IMG/VR virus record: IMGVR_UViG_3300020577_006545
Span: 23,074 to 87,073 of that record
Reading direction: 5' to 3' (one strand)
Length of the DNA: 64,000 nt
Source: a virus
Taxonomy: Duplodnaviria; Caudoviricetes
Of this stretch, positions 49,181 through 59,513 are shown piece after piece. The position numbers and the translations under genes are program-made. The notes below the pieces were generated by a model. That model was not told the DNA's origin, did not search any database, and worked only from the letters and a program-made list of their open reading frames with translations. The number at the start of each line of letters is the position of its first letter. Positions within the stretch are counted from its first letter, which is position 1.

Positions 49181-49351
49181 AGATAGTATTATTAGTGGCT
49201 TTAGGCCATTTACGAAAATGAGGAAACGAAAATGAAAACAAATTTATCCATCTTAAACCCAATTCCAAAAAACTACGGAAATCAAATAACTTAAGCCCTC
49301 TTAAAACAGAGGGCATTGGGCGAAAGTTTATAAAAATGAGAATTAAAATGT

Positions 49352-50011
49352 ATGACAGAAGAACAAAAACAACGTAAAAAAGAATATCAAAAAGAATACT
49401 ATAAGAAGAATAAAAAATCTTTAACAGAAAAACAAAAAGTCTATTACAAAAATAATAGAAATGATATTTTAGAGTACAAAAAAAATTCATATAACCCTAT
49501 TAAGAAGGGCGAATACAATAAATCATACTATGCTCAGAAAAAAGATTTCCTGATTAACAACCAAAAAGAAAATTATCTCGTCAATAGAAATGATATTCTA
49601 AAATACAAAAAAGAATTTTACCAACAAAATAAAGATAAGATTAATCAAAGAAATATTAAACTTGAGAGAAAAAAATATCATACAAACCAATCTTTTAGAA
49701 TAAACCGCTTAATAAGAAGACGATTTAAGTTAGCTTTAGAATTGTATTCTAAGAATGGTAAAACTCAAGCGTTGAAAGAATACGGTATTGATATCAAATC
49801 TATTGTTGAGCACTTGGGTAATCCTCCACAGGATGGAAAAGTCTATCATATAGATCATATATTTCCTGTATCCGCATTTGATTTAAATAATCCTGAACAT
49901 ATAAAACTATGCTGGCACCCAAATAATTTGCAATGGTTAGAGGCAAGTGAAAATATGTCAAAGGGTGATAATTATGACGAAATAGAATTTAAAAAATATT
50001 TACTGTTCTAA
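49352..50011 (+). mobile_element. HNH endonuclease, paralog of 23442
   Basis: K/Y-rich helical repeats; YHIDHIFPVSAF...WHPNNLQWLEASEN. Confidence 0.88.
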
Positions 50012-50012
50012 T

Positions 50013-50041
50013 TTGATTGTCTCTATCTATTGTTATACAAT
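50013..50041 (+). promoter_or_regulatory. sigma70-type promoter for ssb
   Basis: TTGATT-17-TACAAT. Confidence 0.65.
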
Positions 50042-50099
50042 AGGGATAGATTGTTAGAAGTAACAAACGAAAATTAAAATGAAAATGAGGTAACGAAAA

Positions 50100-50966
50100 A
50101 TGGCAAAAGCGAGCGGAAAAAGTTTAGATGAATTGTTTGGTGGCAAGGGCAGTTCTTTAGAAAAACTAGCCCAACTAAAAGAAAGAGGCGACCGTGTAGG
50201 CGGTGGGGGTGGTGGAAACTACTTCAAATTAACGGAAGGGACTACAGAAGTCAGAATTCTTCCAGCAATTAATGATGAAGATGCATTTTACTATGCGACT
50301 GCTTATCATTATGTAAACAACAAATATGTTTATTGTAGAAAATATTTGGATGAAGATGCGTCTTGTCCAGTATGTTCTCACGCTTCCAAAATCTGGAAGA
50401 AATATAAAGACACTGGAGATGAAAGAATTGCAGAAGAAGCAAAATCTCTTTTCGCAAAACAACAATTTATTTATAATGCTCTTGTGAGAAATCAAGAGGG
50501 TGATAAAGTTGTTGTTCTTCAAACTGGTAAAGGTGTAAAAGACGACCTTATCGGTGTTTGTCTTGATGACAATTACGGAGATATCACAAATCCAGTAAAA
50601 GGAAGAGATGTTGGTATCCGTAGAAAAGGGAAAGGAAAAGCAACCTCTTATCAAATTATGGTAAGAGACAGAAGTATTCTTGCTGGTGACGAAAGTGATC
50701 CAAAAGAAGCGGCTGAGTTAATCAGTGCTATCCTTGAAAAAAGAAAATCACTTCACGAACTTGTGAAGTATCCAACCGAGGAAGAAGCAGAAAAAGAAAT
50801 CAAGAAATATCTTGATGCAGATAGCAGTGGAGATGCTGATGAAACTCCAACTCCTAGAAAATCAAATGTCGCAGAAGCTGAAGAAGATAGTGATGAAGAT
50901 AAAGACACTTTTGACGAAATTGAAAAACAACTAAGTGCCGCTAAGAAAAAAAGAGGCGGTAAGTAA
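50100..50966 (+). CDS. single-stranded DNA-binding protein (T4 gp32-like)
   Basis: YFKL...VRILP, C...CPVC, NPVKGRD, acidic tail. Confidence 0.8.
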   Translation: MAKASGKSLDELFGGKGSSLEKLAQLKERGDRVGGGGGGNYFKLTEGTTEVRILPAINDEDAFYYATAYHYVNNKYVYCRKYLDEDASCPVCSHASKIWKKYKDTGDERIAEEAKSLFAKQQFIYNALVRNQEGDKVVVLQTGKGVKDDLIGVCLDDNYGDITNPVKGRDVGIRRKGKGKATSYQIMVRDRSILAGDESDPKEAAELISAILEKRKSLHELVKYPTEEEAEKEIKKYLDADSSGDADETPTPRKSNVAEAEEDSDEDKDTFDEIEKQLSAAKKKRGGK

Positions 50967-50978
50967 TAAGACTAAAAG

Positions 50979-51010
50979 GGCGGCTATCGTACGATAGCCG
51001 TCTGTCTTTT
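50979..51010 (+). terminator. hairpin/terminator between ssb and the recombinase
   Basis: 20-bp perfect palindrome CGGCTATCGTACGATAGCCG followed by TCTGTCTTTT. Confidence 0.7.
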
Positions 51011-51032
51011 GAAATCTAAACAAAGGAGTATT

Positions 51033-52367
51033 ATGGCAAAAGCAACAAAAGAAAAAAAGGCTTCTAAAACAAAAGAAAGCGCGTCAGTTAAACAACCAAC
51101 ACCACCAAAGAAAAAATCAAAAGTTGAAAAACTTCACGTTAAGAAAACTTTTGAAGATGACATCATCAAATTTCTAAAAGATGATAAGAAACTAAACATT
51201 GACATCGGATTTATGACAGAAACTGGTTCCACAGTTTCAAGATGGTTAGATACAAATTCATATACATGGAATTTCTTATCTTCTGGAAGATTAGATGGTG
51301 GTCTACCTTATGGTAGAGTTATTGAAGTGTTTGGAGATAACTTTACTGGTAAATCATTACTCGCGTGTCAATTAGCAGTTCAAGGACAAATAGATGATGC
51401 AATAGTTATATACTTTGACCCTGAGCGTTCTATTGATGAAGTAACTATTGAAAGGCTTGGTGGTGATCCATCAGTAATTATCGCACCAAAATCAGTAAAA
51501 ACTATTGAGAAATTTAACGATACATTTGTTAAGATTGTAGAAAGAATTGCATCTGAAAAGGATAATGCAAGGCCAGTAGTCGTAATTCTTGATAGTCTAG
51601 CGATGCTTTCTACAGACCATGAAATGAAAGCACCAGATAAAGTTGACTACACTAAACAAAAGAAAATTCGTCAGTTCTTCCGTATGTATATGGATGATTG
51701 TGCGAGATATAATATTCTATTGTTTGTAGTAAATCAGGTTTATGACAACATTGGTGTAATGTTTGGTCCAAAGACAAAGGCTTCCGGTGGGCAGGGACTA
51801 ACATACGCTTGTTCTCAAAGATACGGGTTACTTTCTCCGGTAATTGAAAAGAGTGAAACAGATAGTGATGTGTTTGCTACTAAAGTAAAGGCAAAGGCAT
51901 ATAAGAATAGAAATTCAATTCCGTTCCGTTCTGTATTTATTCGTTCAACTTACAAAACAGGTTTTGATAGATATGGTGGTCTATGGGAATTACTTACAGA
52001 TGGCGATGCTGGAAAAGCAACTGGATTTAATATCATCACAAAAGTAAAAAGAGATGAAAAAACTAAAGAATGGGTTGAAAGTAAAACTGGTAGTAAGTAT
52101 ATGATTAAAGGTGTATTCCTTGATGAAGAAGGTAAGGATATCGCTTTTTCTCAAAAAGAGTTTATTCCACTTCTCCAACAAAACGAAAAGAAAGCTATAA
52201 AGAAAATTCAAGAGTTGATTGATACAAGAAATGATGAAGCACCCGGAATTGACAGCTTAACCGAAGAAGAAAAAATCATTATCGGAGTTGATGACGGTGG
52301 AAATCTTTTAACAGATAAAGAATTGATGGCTAAAGAAATAGAAGATTTAAAAAGCAAAGATGATTAA
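51033..52367 (+). CDS. RecA/UvsX-like recombinase (likely start 51033)
   Basis: GGLPYGRVIEVFG...TGKS, DPE, LDSLA, VNQ, ASGG; AAGGAG SD before 51033. Confidence 0.92.
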   Translation: MAKATKEKKASKTKESASVKQPTPPKKKSKVEKLHVKKTFEDDIIKFLKDDKKLNIDIGFMTETGSTVSRWLDTNSYTWNFLSSGRLDGGLPYGRVIEVFGDNFTGKSLLACQLAVQGQIDDAIVIYFDPERSIDEVTIERLGGDPSVIIAPKSVKTIEKFNDTFVKIVERIASEKDNARPVVVILDSLAMLSTDHEMKAPDKVDYTKQKKIRQFFRMYMDDCARYNILLFVVNQVYDNIGVMFGPKTKASGGQGLTYACSQRYGLLSPVIEKSETDSDVFATKVKAKAYKNRNSIPFRSVFIRSTYKTGFDRYGGLWELLTDGDAGKATGFNIITKVKRDEKTKEWVESKTGSKYMIKGVFLDEEGKDIAFSQKEFIPLLQQNEKKAIKKIQELIDTRNDEAPGIDSLTEEEKIIIGVDDGGNLLTDKELMAKEIEDLKSKDD

Positions 52368-52378
52368 GATAATACAGT

Positions 52379-52744
52379 ATGGCGCACAATACCGCAATAT
52401 TGGGTAAAGTTTTATTAGAACTTATCAAAAAGTTCTTTTCAGATCAGGCAATTCTGAAAAGGGAGGAAGACACAGCCTCATTACAGGCAGAATTCACTCC
52501 CCTTTCAGATGCTCTGAAAGTAAAATGTGAAGCATATAATAAACAACAAGAAGAAGCCAACGGAGACGAAATTTTAATAGCGAAATTGGATTGCAATGAT
52601 CCAGTTGCTGTAGCTAAAATATTTCCAGACGAAGCAAAAGCTATAGCTGAAATACAAAAGAAGATAGATGATATAAACAAACCACCTGACCTATCACAAT
52701 TAGAAAAGATAATCAAACTCTTAATTCAGAGTGCTAAAAAATAG
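52379..52744 (+). CDS. hypothetical protein, homologous to the N-terminus of the next ORF
   Basis: FFSDQ...KCEAYN...DCND shared with 52767. Confidence 0.65.
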   Translation: MAHNTAILGKVLLELIKKFFSDQAILKREEDTASLQAEFTPLSDALKVKCEAYNKQQEEANGDEILIAKLDCNDPVAVAKIFPDEAKAIAEIQKKIDDINKPPDLSQLEKIIKLLIQSAKK

Positions 52745-52766
52745 ACCTTAACATAAGGTAACAGTA

Positions 52767-55700
52767 ATGTCATTATTATTTGGTATACCTGATTGGGTAC
52801 TTTCTCCTCAAGACATGAAAAATGATTTCGGTTTTTCGCAGGATAAACTGAAAGCGATGAATGAGTATTTGCAGAATTTTTATTCAGATCAACAAGTAAT
52901 ATTAAGAGAAGCAGAAAAAGCAGTATTAAATGACGCTCTACTTGCGGCATCAGGTGACATAAAGTCAAAGTGTGAAGCGTATAATACTAGTTTAGAAGCA
53001 CAAAATCAGAACAGTGATGTAATTCTTCAAGGAAGAATAGATTGTGATGACTTAAACTCTATAGCTACTGTTTTTTCAGGCGAAGTAGCTAATTATAACA
53101 ACATAGTAAATAAACTTGCAACTGTTGACGATGTTGATGCTTCATTCATTCCAGTTTTAACTGAATTACAAATGGATAAAGGAATAGTTGAAGGTCATAA
53201 AAAACTTTTGAGAAAGTTTCTTTTGCATGTTATGATAAACGGCGTATACATATTTGATTTTCTTGGCATCCCAATAAGAATTGATCTTGGGAAATATGTA
53301 AATTCTGTATTGTCTGTAGCCGCTGGTATCATTCAATTAATATCACTTATATCAATGTTTTCTGGACAATTTAACCCACCATTTGGTTCTTACACTATTC
53401 CAATTCCGACAGCATTAAGTCAAGCAAATCTGACTACTACTTGTCAGGAAATGTATTATCTTGGTATAAAGACATACAACAAACTACACAGTGCATATTT
53501 AAAAAAACTGAACGAACAAATAACTGAACATAACTCTGATGAAAATGTCGCTGCAAGAACTGCTGAATACGAACAAATAAAAGATCAATATGAACAACAA
53601 TTGAAAGATTTGGTAGCACAAATTGATGCAGAGATAAAAAAATTAGAAGCGCAATTAGGTGTTGATTTAGGGAACATATCAACACAACAAGAAGCGAATG
53701 ATGAAATACTTGTTAGTAAAGTGTTTTTCTTTCCTCCAGGTGGCGAACAAATAACGTATTCTGGTGAGTGCTATAATGGCATAATAAAAGAATTGGATTA
53801 TTTGGATGCGTATTGTTCTGGTGCGATTGATTTAATCAAACCTAATACTGATCTTATTCAATTATATAATGATTTTGTGAGAAACAATATTGTAAAAAGT
53901 TATGCAGATTATATAGCGTTAAAAACAGCATCAGAAGATGCCGTAATAGATGCAGAGACTTTTAATTCAATAAACAATAATAGTGGCATGGTAAAGATAA
54001 GCGAAAGTTATACTGGCATGTTTTTAGGAACGTCATACTTAAGTACAACTGATGTTTATGACAGTGGTATTTTAAAAAACTCACTTGACATTATTTTTAA
54101 TAAAACAAAAACAGATCAAATAAAAGATTTTTTCCCATACTATGAAGCGTATACTGATATAAATCAAAAAGCGGCAGTTGATACTGCTATCAAAACTTTT
54201 AAACCTTATGTTGATACACCTGTATACGACACACTAACTGAACTATCAAATGTAATTGATGAAATAGGTAGTGATTTTAATCCACAAAGAACAAATAATT
54301 ATGAAGCAAGGGTTATGTTCAGTGACTACAATGTTGGTTTTGTAATGGCCAGAGTACCAATAGTTGAGTTGGCTGTTACCCCTATTGTTAGTAAGTTAGA
54401 GACAGAAATAAACGATTTAAAATCACAGATATCGGTTGCAGACTCTGAAGATATTCCGTCATTACAATCGCAACTTGATAATGTTGTAGCAATATATAAT
54501 GTAAATAAAGAGGTAGTTAATAAATTAGAAAGAATTAGATTATATTATGAGAAGAAGCCGTTACAGTATTTGATTGACGCAACAACTTTTATGATTGATC
54601 TAACAAATTTTCAATTAAAGTTAGGCGGAATTATTACTGATGAATTCGGTAATCAAACAGAAGCGCCAATCACTGATGACGTTATTGTTAATATGACAGA
54701 AGTTGAAAAATTGTATGCAGATGATAAAAGAACATATGATAACATGGTTGATAAAAAAATAATTGCAACTGAATTTACAAAATCAATAAAGAATTTCTCA
54801 GGGTCAGAAATTGTTACAGTTGCTAATGGTCAAACAGTCGTAACAAGTGAGTTTGAGTCTGAGTATTTTCAAATTGACTATAATATAACTAAGTTAGGCG
54901 ATGTAGATAAAGAAACTCAGAATTTGATAGACCAGAGTATTGCAGAAAATCAAGAACAATCACAATTGGCATTGTCTAATTCTCAAACATTAGCAATTCA
55001 AGCAAATGAAGCGAGTAAGAATGTTATATACACTTATTCAAAAAATGCTGTATTGAAAATAATTAAGTATTATATGAATGAAGAAGAAGAGATAAATAAG
55101 AAATTAGATGCTAGAAGATTATTCATAACAACTACGATTAAAACATTACAAGATCAAATAGCGGATTTGCAAAACCAATTAATAAACAATGCGTCAGCAG
55201 ACGTTTCTTTAATTGCAAATGTTCAGGCTAGAGTTGATACAGAAAGGGCAACTCTTCAAGAAAAAATAATAGTATTGCAAACTGAACTGGACGCGTTACC
55301 TGTTAAACTAGATTTGAAATCGTATTATATGTATTTGATATGTTCACCTATAATAAGATTGCAAACTCAGTTAGCAGAAGCACAGGCACAACTAAATGCT
55401 GGGCAAGACGGTTTTAAAGCGTTTAAAATACCAATTGATCCATTTGATGAATTATATAATGGATGTTATCATATTATAAAAGCATATATGAAACATCTAT
55501 ATACTTATTTTAGAGGTATTTCATTGCTTTATAATTTTGGATTTCCTTGGACAACGATTGTCAGATTTAAGCCAGAATTTTTAAGTCATTCGTTCATAAG
55601 TATATCAGCTAAAAATTTAGCTGATGACATAAACAGTGGAGGCGGCGGAAACTTTTTTGACCAATTAATAAATTTCTTTGTTGGTAATAAATTGAAAAAA

Positions 55701-55865
55701 CATTTGGCACTTCATTTGATGAGGTTTGCTACATTGAAGCCGGTTACAGAGCCAATTCCTAATCCGATATTCTGGTTTGGGCTTCCGCCATTCATTCCTC
55801 CGTTTGAAGTGCCGCCAACATTCATACCAGGACCAGGAATTTTAACAACGGGGTACATATATTAA
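52767..55865 (+). CDS. 1032-aa protein with coiled coils and Pro-rich C-terminus, possibly virion-associated
   Basis: Long ORF; heptad-like QL..L..QI segments; hydrophobic stretch near aa 180; ends PIPNPIFWFGLPPFIPPFEVPP. Confidence 0.6.
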   Translation: MSLLFGIPDWVLSPQDMKNDFGFSQDKLKAMNEYLQNFYSDQQVILREAEKAVLNDALLAASGDIKSKCEAYNTSLEAQNQNSDVILQGRIDCDDLNSIATVFSGEVANYNNIVNKLATVDDVDASFIPVLTELQMDKGIVEGHKKLLRKFLLHVMINGVYIFDFLGIPIRIDLGKYVNSVLSVAAGIIQLISLISMFSGQFNPPFGSYTIPIPTALSQANLTTTCQEMYYLGIKTYNKLHSAYLKKLNEQITEHNSDENVAARTAEYEQIKDQYEQQLKDLVAQIDAEIKKLEAQLGVDLGNISTQQEANDEILVSKVFFFPPGGEQITYSGECYNGIIKELDYLDAYCSGAIDLIKPNTDLIQLYNDFVRNNIVKSYADYIALKTASEDAVIDAETFNSINNNSGMVKISESYTGMFLGTSYLSTTDVYDSGILKNSLDIIFNKTKTDQIKDFFPYYEAYTDINQKAAVDTAIKTFKPYVDTPVYDTLTELSNVIDEIGSDFNPQRTNNYEARVMFSDYNVGFVMARVPIVELAVTPIVSKLETEINDLKSQISVADSEDIPSLQSQLDNVVAIYNVNKEVVNKLERIRLYYEKKPLQYLIDATTFMIDLTNFQLKLGGIITDEFGNQTEAPITDDVIVNMTEVEKLYADDKRTYDNMVDKKIIATEFTKSIKNFSGSEIVTVANGQTVVTSEFESEYFQIDYNITKLGDVDKETQNLIDQSIAENQEQSQLALSNSQTLAIQANEASKNVIYTYSKNAVLKIIKYYMNEEEEINKKLDARRLFITTTIKTLQDQIADLQNQLINNASADVSLIANVQARVDTERATLQEKIIVLQTELDALPVKLDLKSYYMYLICSPIIRLQTQLAEAQAQLNAGQDGFKAFKIPIDPFDELYNGCYHIIKAYMKHLYTYFRGISLLYNFGFPWTTIVRFKPEFLSHSFISISAKNLADDINSGGGGNFFDQLINFFVGNKLKKHLALHLMRFATLKPVTEPIPNPIFWFGLPPFIPPFEVPPTFIPGPGILTTGYIY

Positions 55866-56251
55866 TGGAAGTTTTAAATTTCAAAATGACAGAACAGGTA
55901 AAGCAAAATTTAGATTTCACTCTAAAAAACAAGGTTCAAAAAGCTGATCTTGAAGAAAGATTGAAAACAGAATTTTTTCGTGAGAGAAACGATCTAAATC
56001 CAGACGATTACACGATTGAGATTTCATTCAATAAAATGGCGAATACTTATGATATCATTATAAAAAAGATTTGACTTATTTGGTAAATAAGAGTAAGATT
56101 AAAAGACTATGAGAAATTTCCTTAATTCATTATATATTTATTCGGCAGTTTTTCTTGTTCTAGGGTCATTTTATATAATGAGAGGAATTGAATTTGCTTT
56201 AACAAAAGCACATCCTTTTATACATCTAATCTTTAATGCTTTTGGTTTAAG

Positions 56252-56527
56252 GTGCCCGATATGAAAACACAAAAAAGAGAAATTTTAATTTTAAATGAAG
56301 GTCAGAGTGGAAAGACAATAAGTGAAGAAGAATTTATTGGGTTGGCAACTAACCCAAAGAAAGGAGTTCGTCAACGTATCCATACAAAAGATGGCAAAGA
56401 AATATACGTTGTATTTGATAGGGATTATATTTTCAGTCAGAGAAAAGACCTTGTTGAAAAATACAAACTTTTAATTGATGAGAATGTAATAGCAAAAGAC
56501 GAAGAAGACGATGAGGAATTTTTTTGA
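56252..56527 (+). CDS. YEKYKLL-family protein
   Basis: ISEEEFIGLA ... DLVEKYKLLID. Confidence 0.65.
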   Translation: MPDMKTQKREILILNEGQSGKTISEEEFIGLATNPKKGVRQRIHTKDGKEIYVVFDRDYIFSQRKDLVEKYKLLIDENVIAKDEEDDEEFF

Positions 56528-56820
56528 TGACAGGTGGAATTAAAAGACAGTTCATTTTTGATAATTACGAAGATTTTACAGAAGAGGAAAAACTTCTTTA
56601 TCTTCAAGAAGGAGATGACGGTGTTCATAATCAAGTAACAGAGAAAGGTGGAAAACTAATTGATTTTGATTTATACATCTTCAAATATGATAGAGAATTT
56701 TACGAAAAATATAAATTGTTATTTAATGAAGAAGAAATTAAAAAGAAATATCTAATGAATGAATTAATGAACGGTGCTAAATGGGAGTTGTATGGTATAA
56801 CAGATGCGTACAAGTTCTAA
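56524..56820 (+). CDS. YEKYKLL-family protein
   Basis: FTEEEKLLYL ... DREFYEKYKLLFN. Confidence 0.65.
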   Translation: MMTGGIKRQFIFDNYEDFTEEEKLLYLQEGDDGVHNQVTEKGGKLIDFDLYIFKYDREFYEKYKLLFNEEEIKKKYLMNELMNGAKWELYGITDAYKF

Positions 56821-57082
56821 TATTAATATGTCTCTTGAAATATTAAAAGCAAGTGAGTATGTCTTCTTAACAGAAGAAGAGAAATTGAAATATGTTGGTC
56901 TTTGGGAATTGATGTATGACGATTTGAAGATTAAAAATTATGTCGTAATTGACTACTATATCTATCTAAACGACAGAGAGTTTTATGACAAGTATCTTTT
57001 GTTGTTTGACCAGAATAAAATAGCAGAGATGGAAAGACTGGAGCCAGAAAAATGGTTAATAGGAATTGATGTAAATGAATAA
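56804..57082 (+). CDS. YEKYKLL-family protein
   Basis: LTEEEKLKYV ... DREFYDKYLLLFD. Confidence 0.65.
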   Translation: MRTSSNINMSLEILKASEYVFLTEEEKLKYVGLWELMYDDLKIKNYVVIDYYIYLNDREFYDKYLLLFDQNKIAEMERLEPEKWLIGIDVNE

Positions 57083-57350
57083 AATAATAAAAGAATATGC
57101 TTATAAAAACTTAACAGAAGAAGAGAAGATTGGTTTAATTGGAGATTACAATAATCTTGGTGATATGTTTTCTTCTGGAATTTCTGTTCAAGTAGACTTT
57201 TCAGAAAATAGATTTATGGTCATTGACTTAATTGAATATATGAATGACAATGATAGTCAATTTTATGAAAAGTATAAATTACTATTTCAAGAAAGAGGAT
57301 TTGTTTTTAATATGGATTGTATAATTATTGACGACAAAGGAGTTAAATGA
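57075..57350 (+). CDS. YEKYKLL-family protein
   Basis: LTEEEKIGLI ... SQFYEKYKLLFQ. Confidence 0.65.
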   Translation: MNKIIKEYAYKNLTEEEKIGLIGDYNNLGDMFSSGISVQVDFSENRFMVIDLIEYMNDNDSQFYEKYKLLFQERGFVFNMDCIIIDDKGVK

Positions 57351-58072
57351 AAAAAACTAAAAACAAATACAGTAACTGGTATTTCAAAATTATTGAAAAT
57401 GCTGTTAGTAAAAACAGAAAGAAAGGTGTTGAGTATTATGAACAACACCATATTATTCCAAGAAGTATTGGTGGAAACAATAGTAAAGAAAATTTAGTGT
57501 TATTGACAGCAAGAGAACATTATATTTGCCATTGGTTGTTAGTGAAATTTACTGATGGAAATGATAAGAAAAATATGACATACGCTTTTAGAGGTATGAA
57601 CAATCAAAAAAATAAACATCAAAAAAGATATGTAAATTCTTATGGTTATGAATATAGTAGAAATGAATTTAATAAGATTAACACTGGAAAAGCACACGCA
57701 AGTTTTGGTAAAAAGACACCAATTGAGAAGAGAAAAGAGCAAAGTGAAAGATTGAAGGGAAATAAAAATCCTTTTTATGGTAAAAGACATAGTGAAGAAA
57801 CTAAAAAGAAAATAAGTGAAAAAAATTCTAAACCAAGACCAAAGACAAGTGGTAAAAACAATCCGATGTATGGTAGAACGCCACATAATTACATAGATAT
57901 TCAAATAAATGAAGTGGTTAATGTTATATTAAATAATAACGAAATTAAAATGATTGAACTTAGCAAATTTTTTGATGTCGGTGAAAGTACGATGTTAAAG
58001 AAAATACACAATTTTGGGTATAAGGGTATTAATGAATTGAAACAAAAGGTAATTAATGAAAAAAACAAATGA
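57347..58072 (+). mobile_element. HNH homing endonuclease with NUMOD3 repeats
   Basis: HHIIPRSIGGNNSKENLVLLTAREH; NPFYGKRHSEETKKKISE; NPMYGR. Confidence 0.9.
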
Positions 58073-59513
58073 AATTAAAACTATAAGAATTGTTTGCGGG
58101 GGTAGTTTTATAAAATTGTACGATATAGACGATGAAAGACGGGATAAAATACACAAATATTTTCGTTTTGTAGATGATAAAAAAAAGAATTCGCCAGCCT
58201 ACAGAAATAAACCTTATATGGATTTTCATTTCTATGCTTTGGATAGGCGTTCAAATACTATCGGCATAGGATTTTTAGATTATTTAATAGCATTTATAGA
58301 ACAAAATGGCTGGGGATACGAATTAGACGATTTAAGAGAATATGAAAAAGAATTTAATGAAGAAGAGTTTAATAAAATAGATTGGAAAAAGGAATTTAAT
58401 GTAAATGTTAGAGACTATCAAATAGAAGCAGTAAAAACTGCTCTTATTGAGAGAAGTGGACTTATTCAGGCTCCTACTGGTGCAGGCAAAAGTTTGATAA
58501 TGTGTATGTTAGTTAGATTATTAGACACTCCAACTTTAATTTTATTTGATAAAGTTGGACTTGTACATCAGACGCATAAAGAATTTTTAAAATTTGGTTT
58601 CTCTCCCAAAGATTTAGGAGTGGTTCAGGGTCCAAATAATTTACCAAAAAAAATAACTTTTGCCACAATTCAGAGTAAGGATAAGTTATATGATTTTATT
58701 GAACTGTTTAAATGCGTAGTTGTAGATGAATGTCATTCAATTCGTGCTGATGGGTATCAGGAGTTGTTAACAGTGTTCAAAGGTTCTTTAAGATATGGGC
58801 TATCAGCAACGCCGTTAAGTGCCGAAAACCCTGCCGAGAAAGCAAAAGTAATAAGATATGTAGGTAGAATTATATATCAAGAACAAAATACTAACACATT
58901 AGTTGAAAAGGGTATTTTAGCAAAACCTAAAATATATTTTATTCGTTGCGATAGAGGCGATGACCAAACTGTGGTATGGGAGAATTCAGGTAGAGATTAT
59001 GCAAATCTTTATAAACAAGAAATTGTAGATAATGAATATAGAAATGCTCTTATAGTAAAAATATGCTCTATTAAAAAAAATAAAAAAATAATTGTATTAC
59101 ACGAAATAATAGAACATGGAGAAACTCTTTTAAAAACTTTTGAAAAATTACTTCCAAATAGAAAAATTCATTTACTTTCTGGTAAAGACAATGTTAAAAC
59201 AAGAAGTGATATAATTGATATTTTTGAAAAAAGCGGAAATGATATTATCATAGCAAGTAAAATCTTTAATGTTGGTGTGAATGTTGTTACAGTAGATGTA
59301 GTTATAAATACATCAGCATCTAAAGGGGAAATATCTGCTTTGCAAAAACTTGGCCGTGGGCTTCGCACAACTAAAGATAAAGATACTATGGAGTATTGGG
59401 ACATTCTTGATGAAAATTCTCGTGTTTTTCAAAGACAGGCTAAAAGAAGAATTGCAATATATAAGAAAGAAGGCCATGTTGTTGAGACAATAGAACCTGA
59501 ACAGTTGAAATGA
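58056..59513 (+). CDS. SF2 DNA helicase (UvsW-like)
   Basis: RDYQ, APTGAGKS, VVDECH, GLSATP, QKLGRGLR. Confidence 0.9.
   Translation: MKKTNEIKTIRIVCGGSFIKLYDIDDERRDKIHKYFRFVDDKKKNSPAYRNKPYMDFHFYALDRRSNTIGIGFLDYLIAFIEQNGWGYELDDLREYEKEFNEEEFNKIDWKKEFNVNVRDYQIEAVKTALIERSGLIQAPTGAGKSLIMCMLVRLLDTPTLILFDKVGLVHQTHKEFLKFGFSPKDLGVVQGPNNLPKKITFATIQSKDKLYDFIELFKCVVVDECHSIRADGYQELLTVFKGSLRYGLSATPLSAENPAEKAKVIRYVGRIIYQEQNTNTLVEKGILAKPKIYFIRCDRGDDQTVVWENSGRDYANLYKQEIVDNEYRNALIVKICSIKKNKKIIVLHEIIEHGETLLKTFEKLLPNRKIHLLSGKDNVKTRSDIIDIFEKSGNDIIIASKIFNVGVNVVTVDVVINTSASKGEISALQKLGRGLRTTKDKDTMEYWDILDENSRVFQRQAKRRIAIYKKEGHVVETIEPEQLK

Noticed and set aside
49960-50011. HNH C-termini (EFKKYLLF, EEFEKYL) as YEKYKLL family members
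   Set aside because: Only partial match, lacking the Y-x-K-Y-K-L-L spacing; plausible by chance in K/Y/L-rich proteins.
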